Assembly (NCBI RefSeq): GCF_008831285.2
Contig: NC_045138.2
Location: 36,084,001-36,148,000, forward strand
DNA length: 64,000 nt
DNA from: Nymphaea colorata
Taxonomy: Eukaryota
Direction: 5' to 3'
Under the pieces are notes generated by a model that saw nothing but the letters and a program-made list of their open reading frames with translations, was not told where the DNA came from and ran no database searches. Positions within the stretch are counted from its first letter, which is position 1, and the number at the start of each line of letters is the position of its first letter. Positions 52,701-64,000 of the stretch are shown in pieces. The position numbers and the translations under genes were made by a program.

Positions 52701-53228
52701 AGTAGTGAATAAGTTTTTCTCACTTGTTAGGGTCGCAACTTGTTTTATTTTCTGTATTTGTTTTCCCTATTTTCATGGAAGCTGAAAATGAGTAGACGAG
52801 CAACCTTAGGATAAACTTTGTTGGCTTGTGCATACAACAGCTTAACAATACCATTATTTTTGTCTTGAAGTATAATACTTATTGACAGGGGAGTATCTGC
52901 TGTAGCTTTAATGACAGGGAGCATAATACTTATTTCACGACACTGGTTTGCACCCAGATTCCATAAAAAAGAAATCCTTCCTCTACCATATTAAAAATTT
53001 AAAATTAATCCTTTTCAAAATTTTCACGACATGGGTTTGTCGCTTCCCTAATTGCTTAGGTATGTTATTTTGCTGAGTGCGTTCTGCGTCTTACTTGTTG
53101 CATTGATTGACATCAAAATATAATTTGTTTCACAGAAACGATTAGAAGGATTAACGGACGCTGAGCTAGAGGAGTTGCTAGCACAAGTGGAGGAGGAGCG
53201 GCTGTCTGGCACTGAGCAGAACAAATGA
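49755..53228 (+). CDS. DUF3007 family plastid membrane protein
   Basis: Exons 49755-49869, 51053-51213, 52296-52382, 52522-52680, 53136-53228. Transit-peptide-like N-terminus followed by YTRKDVLLIGVG...GWISTYMFRVSNKEMTYAQQLRDYENKVMQKRLEGLTDAELEELLAQVE. Confidence 0.88.
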
Positions 53229-55029
53229 TCTCTTTCTGTTGTTCGAAGTTGCAACTTCACTTGTCATTGCCATCTGTAGATCTGCATATATGCCATTAGA
53301 CTATGAATGTCAACTGTGGCAATTTTGTGCCTTCAAATTTATTGGTGGTTGCCTATGGGGTGACTCGATAGCTTGTGTCAAAGAATCAAGAATACATACT
53401 TACAGCTTTGGTTTCCTGGAACAGTGAAGATTTACGTGGTTGAGTGTTGAGCGACGATTTTTTCTTAAGCCATTGCTGCTACATCTCCTATGAGCGACAT
53501 CCTCAGCAGCTACAGCTTCCTTCTCCTGGCATTCTCTAAAGTTGGAAACCAAGCTCCGGTGCATTCCTATCTATTACCTTTGCTTGAACAGCCAGCAGCC
53601 AGCATGGAAACATGGATGTCAGTGGGGCACACATTCGAAGACTGGTGGTAAAAGAAAAGCACATAACATGGTCTGTGGTTGATGTCACACGCCTGCGTCT
53701 GCTTTCTTCCTATACCTTCCCCTCGGTTTTTCAAGCCATATGGTCTCTTTTCTGTATTCTGAGTCAAAAGCTACTGTTTTCTGGTATGCCCATGAAGGAT
53801 TTAGTTTGGTATTTTGTGGACTGAATGTGTACCTGGCTGATATATCCAAGACTGTACACGCAGAAGTCGAAGTTGAACGGCAAAACTGGGCTAGTTTCTT
53901 TAGAATTCCGACCCAGCCCATGCCCAGTGATAAGCACGACCCTGGCCTGCCGTCGACCCTATTGGCTCCTAACTGTGCTACTACATCTGGGTCAATCCAG
54001 CAAGACCCAATCTATTGTGCCAGCATCAAAAGACGATATCCATGGAATTTAAGCAAAACATCGGCAAAATTATTTATCTGAGCATAGATGCAACAGCAAA
54101 TAATTTCCTGTGCAAAATAACCCAACGTTGCTTCTCGGGGCCTTTCAAAACTGGATTTTATTTTTGTAGAAAGCATGTTTTATCATAGAACAGCAACATC
54201 CTACCCTTTCTCAAATTAAGTGGTTATCTGGATCTAATTATGGGTTGAACCGTGTGGAGAATGAAGCTAGTCTCTCTTTCTCTCATTGTGTTTGGCTTCA
54301 ATAATCGTATGTTCAGGGACACATCAGCGAGTGTTGATTCAGTTAGATGCGGTGTGGAAGATGTTTACCTTGCTGTTCGTATTGGACGCAGGATGACTTC
54401 AGCACTAGCTCCTTATCTCTAAACAACAACACACCCCCACCCAAACGTCTTGTCACTATATTTTGCTATAAATTTCCATTTTGTCCTCTCTCTCTCTCTC
54501 TCTGCCCACCTGAGTGCATTTCATATTGCAACGTTTTCATTTTAATCTTATAGTTGAGGTCCGTTTGGTGGGTTCGCCACCGCCTTGAATTAAGGCACAA
54601 AGATATTTCAATAAATGCTAGTTGTGAAATTGTCAGGTCAGTTCAATGTAGTTACCAATTGTTCAAGCTCCTGCGAAACCTGCGTACTTGCTGCGATTTT
54701 CGCCATGGCAAAACGTGCTCCCTGTTGAACTCTAGAGACAACATCAACAATTAACCTTGAAAGGGACCCTTGTTTCCTTAAAGGAGGCACCCTATTGCTG
54801 TTTTCAATAATATGGTTGCCTTTCTGTTTCAACTTGATATTTTCCTACTGTACAAGGGACAAGAAGGAACAATCGCATTGTGTTTAGCTTCAAAAGCTTG
54901 AGCCAATTGAATCTTTATTTGTGAAGCAAAAATTGTCATTGGCTTTTCATGCCGTCCCAGTGAGAATGAGTCATCAATTTTTTCTTGGTCACATTCATCT
55001 GCTGGGTGAACTGCAAAAAGATTGAAACC

Positions 55030-57539
55030 TCATCCCTTACGCGATTCAAGTTGCTGCTGTAGTTGTTCCAAGACATTCACCATCAAGCTCATCTCGGGCC
55101 TTTGGTTTTTGTCAGGATTGATACACTGAATTGCCCACATGGTGAAAATTTTCGCTTCTCTTTTTCCATACTGATCCATCAGTTTTCCATCCATCAAATC
55201 GATGAAATCATCGACTGTGTGGTAATGAACCTTGGCCCAGTTCCCTATCTTTTCTTTCACGATGCCTCCCCTCTTCATTAGAGCAGGACGACCAGACAAT
55301 AGTTCCAGCATCACGATTCCAAAGCTATAGACATCAGCCTTCCTCGTCAAGTGGCCTGCATTGACGGTTTAGTTGTTAAACATGCACAAATCTTAATCTT
55401 TCTCAACTCTGGCATGCAGAAAACTGGCCTCAGGTTGGGCCATGTCAAGAATTTGACAGTGAGTCCACTGAATCAATCTGTTTTTCACGGTATTGGCTGA
55501 TCAGGTTGTGTTTTAGCATTTCACTTTGGACTTGGATCATTAAGAGGTGGAACAAGAGCTAAGAACCTGATTCCACATATTCAGGAGCAGCATAGCCGTG
55601 TGTCCCGATGATTTTGGTGCTCACATGAGTCCTATCACCGATTGGCCCATCTCTTGCTAAACCAAAATCTGAGAGCTTTGCATTGAAGTCCTAAATATAT
55701 CAACCAACCGACAGTGAATGAATCAGAATACTTGGAGTACAGAGTCACAGTTGACGTTAAACCCACCTTATCAAGTAGAATGTTCGAAGCCTTCATGTCG
55801 CGGAAAATAATGGAGGCATCATGCAAGAATGCGAGCCCACGAGCAGCCCCTAGAGCAATGGTGATCCTTTTTGCCCAAGGAAGCCGAGATGCAGCATCAC
55901 CTTGCATCAAGAAGAAACAGTGTGTGATCAACATCCCTGGACAAGTAACTAACTCTGATAATTGTCCCCAGTAGGATGCCTTTTGGCACTTCCTAGTACC
56001 TACTGTGTATGATAACCCGATCGACGTTGGGATGCAGGATCATTAACTTTGTTCGGTTTCACCATGTTGGTTTTTGGTTGAATTCTGAAGAGTTGGATGT
56101 TTTTTGTTTTTTCTGTTTTTGTTGGCCATGCAAGGAAGATAATACACTTCTACGCCTTTTTGTTCTTTGTCTTGATCTGTGGCACAGGTATTAAAGTTTG
56201 TTTCTGGATGTGCATCTAGGTAACTTTTAGGAGCATCATATACCGGAAGAAGCGTCAATGCAGAAAAATGCGAGGAACTTACAGAACAATAACCAAATTA
56301 AAATATGCCTTGCATCTTACTTGCAAACAGATGATTATCCAAGCTCCCGTTCTCCATGAATTCATAAACTAGGAGGCGCTGTTCATCCTTTATGCTATAT
56401 CCTACAAGGGTCACAATATTCGGATGGTGAAGCCTGCTCAGATAGTTTATCTCCTTCTGACAGCGTCAAATAATGTGCAGAAATAAACAAAACAACCTTT
56501 TAGAGCCAATACGAGGGGGATAGTTGAAACAAACAGAAAAAAGAAAAAGTTGCAGAACCCAAATAATGTATGGAGGATAGGAGAAAGAAATTATGAGAGT
56601 TACCCTCCACTCATTGTGTCCCTGGTAACCGCCCAAAGCAAGCTTTTTGACAGCAACAGCCTTGTTAACTGGTTTTGCTTTCCCTTGCTGTGATTGACTT
56701 CCCGGTTTTTCTAGCGAAATAGAGCTGATCTTGATCCATCCCTTGTAAACAATCCCAAATCCACCTTCCCCAATAAATCTATCATCGGAGAAGTCTTCTG
56801 TAGCCGCTGAAAGAGCATCCAAGCTGAACTCATGCAAATTTTCATTAGTCGATGGGTTTTTTATCAGTAGTGGCTTGCGGACCTTCACGTCGGATGAGTT
56901 CTGCCCTGCATCGGATGATTTTCATCAGTTTTCGAAGCCAACAATTTAAAGGCGACTGGAAGTCCTTGAGTATAGAAAACAATACTGCCATGAGATCAAT
57001 AATACAAAAAGGAGAAGTATGTAGCTCCAGTTCTTGAATCGATAAGTGCCGATGATGGTGGTACTAAAAGCAATGGAAAAGAATGCTGAAATATTTCTTT
57101 CTTTTGGTGATGACACCGATATTGCAATTTCTGAGTAACGTGATACCCACGTCTTCTAAACTATATGCTCATCATTTTCCAGCCTTTTCTCTCTTTATCA
57201 TGAAAAGAAAAAGTGAAAAAACATTTTTTATGGGAAGGATTTGAGAAATTCATTACCTGTCGTTCCTCTTATAACTAGAAGGCACGTTTGTTTTGCCCTG
57301 TGATTCTTCAGGTTTCTCAGTTTCCTGTGATTGTTGATTAGAGTTGCACGAGTTATGACATAAAACTGTAGCTTCTTATTCTCAAAACTCAGGTGTGATC
57401 TTTAATCAACAATCACAGGCTGAGGAATCACAACTGCGACAAAAAGAGGAATGTGCCATCAAATGGAAGTGGAAAGAGAGATAAGAAAAGAGAGTCTATC
57501 AGCAGAGGGTGTACCATTTAGGCAGCAGAAGATGGCCAT
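55030..57539 (-). CDS. receptor-like cytoplasmic kinase, RLCK-VII/PBL-like (divergent copy)
   Basis: Exons 57539-57515 (MAIFCCLN, less certain), 56905-56604, 56456-56321, 55900-55767, 55690-55567, 55355-55030. Motifs [55 protein letters not shown]. Confidence 0.9.
57281..57457. repeat. imperfect inverted repeat / fold-back (~177 nt) in intron 1 of the kinase gene
   Basis: cctgtgattgttgattagag (57324-57343) pairs with ctttaatcaacaatcacagg (57400-57419), with further paired segments inside and outside. Confidence 0.75.
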
Positions 57540-59662
57540 TGCAATCCCAGTGCTCCACCGACGTGTCTCCAATAATGATCTCAAATACCCATCAGTTTTC
57601 CGCACTGGAAAAGCTGAAAGAAATTGAAACATCTTCTATAATAAATCTTACATTTCTATCTCCTACTTCGTTGGGCTTTTCAAGATGAGATCGGTTCGTA
57701 ATCTTAATCCGCAGAAGATTTTCATGAAATTTATTGAGGAAAGACCAATTGTTCTTGAAGGAGATACATCAATTTTGTATCGTTTTTCTCTCGGAATTTA
57801 ACGGTTTTGCTTTTAAATGTAGCCTAAAGAATTGCAGACACGTATAAGAAAAAGCAATTGAAGGTTGAAAACCAGCGAGAGGTCTTGATCTTCTCACTTA
57901 TCTTTTCTGTGGCTTATTCGGAAAAAGAAATTTTCTCAGTGATGAGCCTCATAGCTGTAATTCTGAAGGGCTTTATATTGTTGAACAGAGCTTCTTGGTT
58001 GCAATGACCAAGGAAGGGGTGTGCCTCTGGACGATGATTTTAAACTCAGATTGATAATTTAATGAGGGATTCAGGCCTGATGAAGACACAGTAGTATTAA
58101 AAAATTACTCAAAACAACAGGTTCATCTTGGAGTTCTTAACAAAAAGCAGATCGTCTAAAATATTTTTTTTCTTTCTTAAAAAAACCGAAGTAAAGATTT
58201 TCTGTTTGAGGTGATCGGAGAGAGAAATAGGGAGAAAGAGACCTGGTACCATCATTATCAGGACGAATCTAAGAGAGCTCGGATGTACCCAATGGTAGTT
58301 GAAACTAACGGATTCATGTGCGACTTGTGCATCTGATCTTAGTAACCGCCAAGAAAAAAATAATCTTGGTCGACTTTTTTTTTAGTTTAAATTCATGCGT
58401 TTGTGAAAATGCAATGAAAATCTTGGCCAACTTTCCCAAACTTGTGGGCACTTTCCGTGTTACGTTCCAATTAAGATTTTTAATTGAAAATTTTTGCGAA
58501 ACAAGGCTTAATTTTTGTTCATCTATCAAAACAAATTTGCGATTGAAAATGGTGCAAAGCAAGCCTAAGTTTTGTTGGAATGAAAAATACGAAATGACGG
58601 GAATTCGGGCGTAATAAGGTATGTGTAGTACCAACAAAACTTAAGCCGCTTTACTAAAAAATTTCAATAAAAATTTTGGTTCCTTACGTCTGGACTTTAG
58701 ACAAAATCAGAAAGAAACTCAAAATGTGAATCTACTTATGTAACAGTTTTGTTCCTTAATGGGGATTGGGGATGATATGGATCGAGACCGAAAGGAGGAC
58801 TCACCATAGCCGAATATGTAGAATTAAAATCAGCCAAGATGACTTTTTTGCCGTTTAACTTGAATGCGGTATCCTATCACTTTAAACACACTCACAAAAA
58901 TTGAATTAAAAATGACCAGTTACTCTATGACAAATCTATGACAAGAACACACCATTTATAATGGGTTTTTGCATCACAATATATAAAAAAACCATCCGAT
59001 CACAATATATGGGCAACCTCCGCCTGGGCGTCGCCAGCAGACTTGAACCGCCGGTCACCAGCGCTAATGGTGATGCCTTGACCGGCCGGCCGTTCATGGT
59101 GGTGTTGGGTAAAAAATTACCGTTTTGACAATTTTTAAAAAATGACAATTTTTTTTTTTAAGGAGGGTGCAGTGATCACCTTCGCAAGTAAAAAAAAAAA
59201 TTGGTTGGTCAAAAAATTATGATCCAATCAAGAAATTTCACTTGGGAACTAATTACTCCTTGTTCAATTTTCATATGGCACCTACATGGAAAAAAAATAC
59301 ATCCCCAATTTGTTATTTGATTTGAGGCATTATATTAATTAAATATCTGGCTCACACGTACTTGGCTTGTTAAACGTAGGTTTTAGGCAATATATCCCCA
59401 GTTCATTCGTATTAAAATCTTTCATAGTCCGATCCAAACATGGACAAACTGAACCTTCGAACTCGGATTCACATTCAATTCGATGCCGGTGATCAGGTCG
59501 GATACCGCGCAATCTGGCATGATTGGGAGCGAACCCGATCCATGTGAGCCCTACTAGGGCGGTGCCGCGGTTGGGTTGGATGGCCAAGATACAGGGAAGG
59601 AGAAAAGGGGCGCAGCTGCTGTACAGAGGGAGGGGGAGAGGAAGAGAGAGAGAGAGGGGAGA

Positions 59663-59708
59663 ATGAGTTCCTCATCGATGGATAGTGCTAAGTTTCAGCA
59701 GATGCTAG

Positions 59709-59748
<40 letters not shown>

Positions 59749-60900
59749 TTACTTCTTTCTCACTTAGATCTTGTTTCATCTTCTTCTTTTCAGTCCATGT
59801 CATGTTCAAAATTTCTGACTTCGGTTTTATGAGTTGTTAACATGTTTCTTGGATTGTGTTATGACGAGAGGTTTGATACCTTACAGTTTGTAAAGCATTC
59901 AAAAAGGATGTGATGGTAGATGTATAGTCGTATCTTGAGGGCATCGTCCTTTTTGTTTCGACCAAGTTTCTTGCTATGCAGATTGCTGGATTTAGCACAA
60001 CGGGGCAGGTCCTCTTTTGTCTTGAAATGACTTGTGGAACCTCTTAAACAAACTTAGGCAAAATAGTTCTCAAGGACGCGTGGCCACCAAGGTTCTGGGT
60101 GCATATTGGAGGTTGAGGATCATCACTATACTTAATTTGATGATTATTTAGGTTGTACATGCTAAGAAAATGAGGTTTCGTTATCTTCTTGAAATATGTC
60201 CTGCATCTATCTCTTTCTTGCATTCGGTTTACAGTGAGAGGGTTATTATGAGTTGAGGCGATCTTGTTTCATGTCTCTTGTACGTCATAGCAATAAGCCT
60301 GCGTTCTCAACTGTCACTGCTAGAAGCACAGTCTTATTCTGGTATCTTGTTTCATCAGATGCTTTTGGGAAGCGCTTTATATGCTCACTTCATAGCAATC
60401 ATTTTTTTTTGCCTCTTTTGCTTTATGAATGGTTTATTTAAATGGTTGTTCAAGTACCAATTTAGCTGCAATGAAGGACAAAAAAGAAATTAAAGGAAAG
60501 CAATGCGGCCACTTGTTGTTAACTCGATGGGAGTTTCTTTCGTTGCCTTGGTTTTGCATCTACCCGCTTTTAGCCTTTGGCACGTGCCATGTTCTCGTCT
60601 GCATTTTCACGTTTTTTTGATTAGTTTTGTCATGCTTTATGCACGCAATTGTACTACGCTCTTTTTCTGATATTTGACATAATTTTGTCTTTAATTTATC
60701 TGTAGCAAGAGAAGCAAAGAGCAATGGTAAATGAAATGGTGGCTAAACTGACAGATATATGCTGGGACAAGTGCATTACTGGAAGTGTTGGGAGCAGCTT
60801 CAGTAACAGCGAGACCAACTGTTTGAAGAACTGTGCACAGAGATATGTGGAGCTAAGCATGTTGACAGTTCAGCGATTCAAAAACATGCAAAAGATGTAA
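59663..60900 (+). CDS. TIM8: mitochondrial intermembrane-space small Tim chaperone TIM8
   Basis: Exons 59663-59710 and 60706-60900 give MSSSSMDSAKFQQMLE/QEKQRAMVNEMVAKLTDICWDKCITGSVGSSFSNSETNCLKNCAQRYVELSML..., with a twin CX3C motif. Confidence 0.93.
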
Positions 60901-62051
60901 AAAGCATCTAGTTGGTCAGTTATCGTGATGAAATTATCTCAAAAGGCATGCGTTATCTTTTGAGAATGATGAAGTCATTGCTATTGTTCAATGAATTTAA
61001 CATATGAGTGCTAAGTGTTCTCTCGTCTCTGTCTCTCTCTTATAGCCCTTGTGTGCGTCATTTGAATTGTAACAAAAGGTTGATGCTTACAAGACGTTTG
61101 GTGTTCTCTGGTGAATATTTCTGATCTTTGATTGCACCCTATAATATCGAGCAATCTAGAAAGGGAATCGCATATATCCACCCATAATAGAAAAAAGTTC
61201 GTGCTAATCAAATGAATATCTTGACGGTGCGTTATTTAGATGGTCCTCAGATAGGATTAAGCCTGCGATGTCTGCGGGTGCCTGGTAATTCACTAGTTCC
61301 TGTTCAGTGAAAGCACTTCAAAAATTTTACAGTCTGAACTGCTTTTTTCCATTTGATAGACGCCGTCAGGAAACTGGAAACCAAGCTCTTAGGTCCCAAC
61401 ACTGAGGCCTGTATGTTTTATCTCATCAGCGGGGAATTCACTTTTTCTTCTATAGTTTCCACTGTCTACCCCACTTTCACGTGAGAAAGGAGAGGTATAA
61501 TTGCACCACTCTGAAAGCAATGTAACTATTCACACACAAGTTTATTATTTCAGCAAGTATAGAATATAAGGATGGTTTCATTAGAGTCGCACAAATTTAT
61601 TACTTAGCAATTAGAATGTATGGATGGTTTTATTAAAGGTACACCTTTTCCGACATATTTTCAGTTCACTTGAATCGAAATCATTCATCAGTTGCATTTC
61701 CCATGATTTCAGTCACTCGCAGGAAACTAATAAAGACGAATTGATCCGATACTCTGGCTTGCTTGAAAGAATGCACCATCGTAGTATCTGGGGTAGGTGC
61801 AGAGTTTAAATTCAAGGGTACGATAGGATCCCTCATATCATATGGGTATCGCTGTGGATACTCGGTTGAAGCTCTCCCTCTTCTCTTCTCTTCTATTTGG
61901 TCTTAAGCTAACCACCTAGCCAAATAGATAGAACAATTAAACACTGGAAACTTCATGATAAGGTAAGCCTACATATATACACAAATGCCCAATTATTAGC
62001 ATTATTGTTCTTCTACACGGTTACAAGTGCTATGGAGATTATGTACCGAAC

Positions 62052-63749
62052 CTATTGCTTGTAATTCTCACTTGTCTTGGCTGTAGGATGTACTCTGCAA
62101 GGTCCATTAATATGATTATCCGGATGCAGTCGCTCAAAAAATTTTTGTATGCTTTGTGGTTGTTGTATCTGTTCGAGGATATCCGCAACATTTGCCATAT
62201 CAGGTCTGTTCTTCATCTGAAGGTCAAGGCACTTCTCTGCCACTTTTGCAACAATATATGCCCCTTTGTTTGAGTAGCAGCCTTCTAATCTTGTGTCCAT
62301 TATTCTCAAGAATTTCTTCCTGCAACTCAAGAGTGGCCTGGCCCAATCGACCAGGTTTCTTTCTGCGACTGTCCTGTCCTTCTCCATGGCTCGTCTTCCT
62401 GAAAGTATTTCCAGCAGCACAACACCAAAGCTGTAAACATCGCTCTTCACAGTCAGGTGCCCTGTTTTAAAATAGCTGGATTTTAGTCCTACCTTCAAAT
62501 ATTTAAAGTTCTTAATATTTGAGCCCATGCACCTGCAGCACACAAACATACGCGGTCCCATATTTGACTGCAGATCAAGGTGAATTTTTTATATCGTGCA
62601 CAGTTTAGTTCTCAGTAAAGTTTGATACCTGAACTAACATATTCTGGAGCTGCATAACCCTGAGTTCCTACAATTCTTGAGGAGACATGGCTACGGTCAC
62701 CAGTCGGGCCATCTCTTGCTAGCCCAAAATCCGATAGCTTTGCGTTGAATTCCTGTATGTGGAATTATGTCAACAGAGCAGATGGTGATGGAAATGAATT
62801 ACAGGAGTTGAACTTGGTAGTTGATGTTCTGTTATACCGAATCGAGGAGAATGTTTGAAGCCTTCAGATCACGATGAATGACTTGAATTGGTCGATTATG
62901 TAAGAATGCAAGTCCTCGAGCAACATCCGTGGCAATTTTGATTCTCAATTCCCAAGAAAGAGGTTCAGCACCACCTGCAAGTAAACTGTTTCATCTGATG
63001 TTCTGCTTCGCTAGGCAATAGATAAATAGAACACAACGTAGAAATATGGTGCGCACGAACAGTTGTCCAAGATTGTGTAAAATCTAAAGGTAAAATTCTG
63101 TCAGCAGAAAGGCAAGAGGTGGAAGTGTGGTCAAACCACGTGCAGAAAAATAAATTATGTTACTGAGGTTGAGGGCGTTAGTTGTAGAGAGAATGAGTTC
63201 TTACTCCTGAACAAATGGTTTTCAAGAGTTCCTTTCTGCATGTACTCATACACTAAAAGCCTGTGGTCGCCTTCCATGCAAAATCCTACCAGTTTCACAA
63301 GATTTGGGTGATGAAACTCATCCAAATATGTAACCTCTGACTGCATCGTCATGAACAGGAAGTGGTTGTCAGGGTTTCTTTGGCATCAAGGAATTCTGAA
63401 AGAAGCTGGAAAAGCAGATGAAAATGAACAGGTGAAACCAAAAAGGATGGTGAAGAAATAACAAAGATTACCACCCATTCCTTGTGGCCTTGGAAGCTAT
63501 CCGTCTTGAGTTTTTTTACTGCAACAGTTATCCCAACTCCTGGTTTTGTTGGAGAAAAAGTGATCTCATCTATCCAGCCCTTATAGACGTAACCAAAACC
63601 ACCCTGGCCGATGAGATTTTCCCTGCTGAACTTCCTTGTTGCAATGCTGAGATCGTTGAAGCTGAACTGATGCAGTTTGGTGGTGGATGGCATCTCCTTC
63701 TCTTCCGCTGAACTTGTTCTTGAAAGCTTTTCACAGGACGTCCTCTTGC
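62052..63749 (-). CDS. receptor-like cytoplasmic kinase, RLCK-VII/PBL-like; first exon not in the window
   Basis: Exons 63749-63472, 63340-63205, 62974-62838, 62752-62629, 62461-62052. Motifs [15 protein letters not shown]...[13 protein letters not shown]...[56 protein letters not shown]. Confidence 0.93.
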
Positions 63750-64000
63750 CTGGATGGAAAAAAAAAAATCATGTCAGTTTGTAAACTTTACTAAAACAAA
63801 GTATTACAGCCAAACAGCTTGTGAACACAAAGTGCCAGCCAAGCATCACCAAATACAAAAATGTTTCTCGCATGAGTTTAGAACCATTTGGTGTATTGGG
63901 CAAATCTGTCTTTGCTGTTCATGAGATTCGAATATGGAGATAAAAAAGGAGAAGAAGACGCGGATGTATTTTCAAGTTGAAGAGAGTGTGTGTGTGTGTA

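Noticed and set aside
57257..57366. Possible extra coding exon of the left kinase ([25 protein letters not shown]...)
   Set aside because: Weak acceptor, and it ends in phase 2 whereas the next exon needs phase 1; exon 1 joins 56905 in frame without it.
1..64000. CRISPR arrays, tRNA/rRNA genes, prokaryote-type operons or organellar insertions
   Set aside because: None seen. The direct repeats have only two copies and the window is eukaryotic nuclear DNA.

Overview
Flowering-plant nuclear DNA with GT-AG spliced genes and transposon remnants. Genes read from the sequence: 5' part of RPL30 (-), a VQ-motif gene (-), a VPS38/UVRAG-like gene (+), a 5'-truncated NB-ARC-LRR pseudogene (-), RNA polymerase III subunit RPC6 (-), a plastid GNAT6-like acetyltransferase (+), a DUF3007 gene (+), TIM8 (+) and two RLCK-VII/PBL-like kinases (-, the second running off the window). 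Mobile elements: a degenerate Copia LTR retrotransposon with TSD, PBS and PPT, a solo LTR with TSD, two small hAT-like elements with 8-bp TSDs and possible old LINE relics. The most unusual structure is a ~1.6-kb inverted copy of the middle of the VPS38-like gene (31799-33415 vs 36737-38352). It replaces the 5' end of the NLR and lies just downstream of RPC6, so read-through transcription could form a long hairpin RNA. Other candidates are a 48-nt frame-preserving exon formed by tandem exon duplication in VPS38 and a ~177-nt fold-back in the first intron of a kinase gene. Exon coordinates and identities were read by eye; no searches or computations were run.
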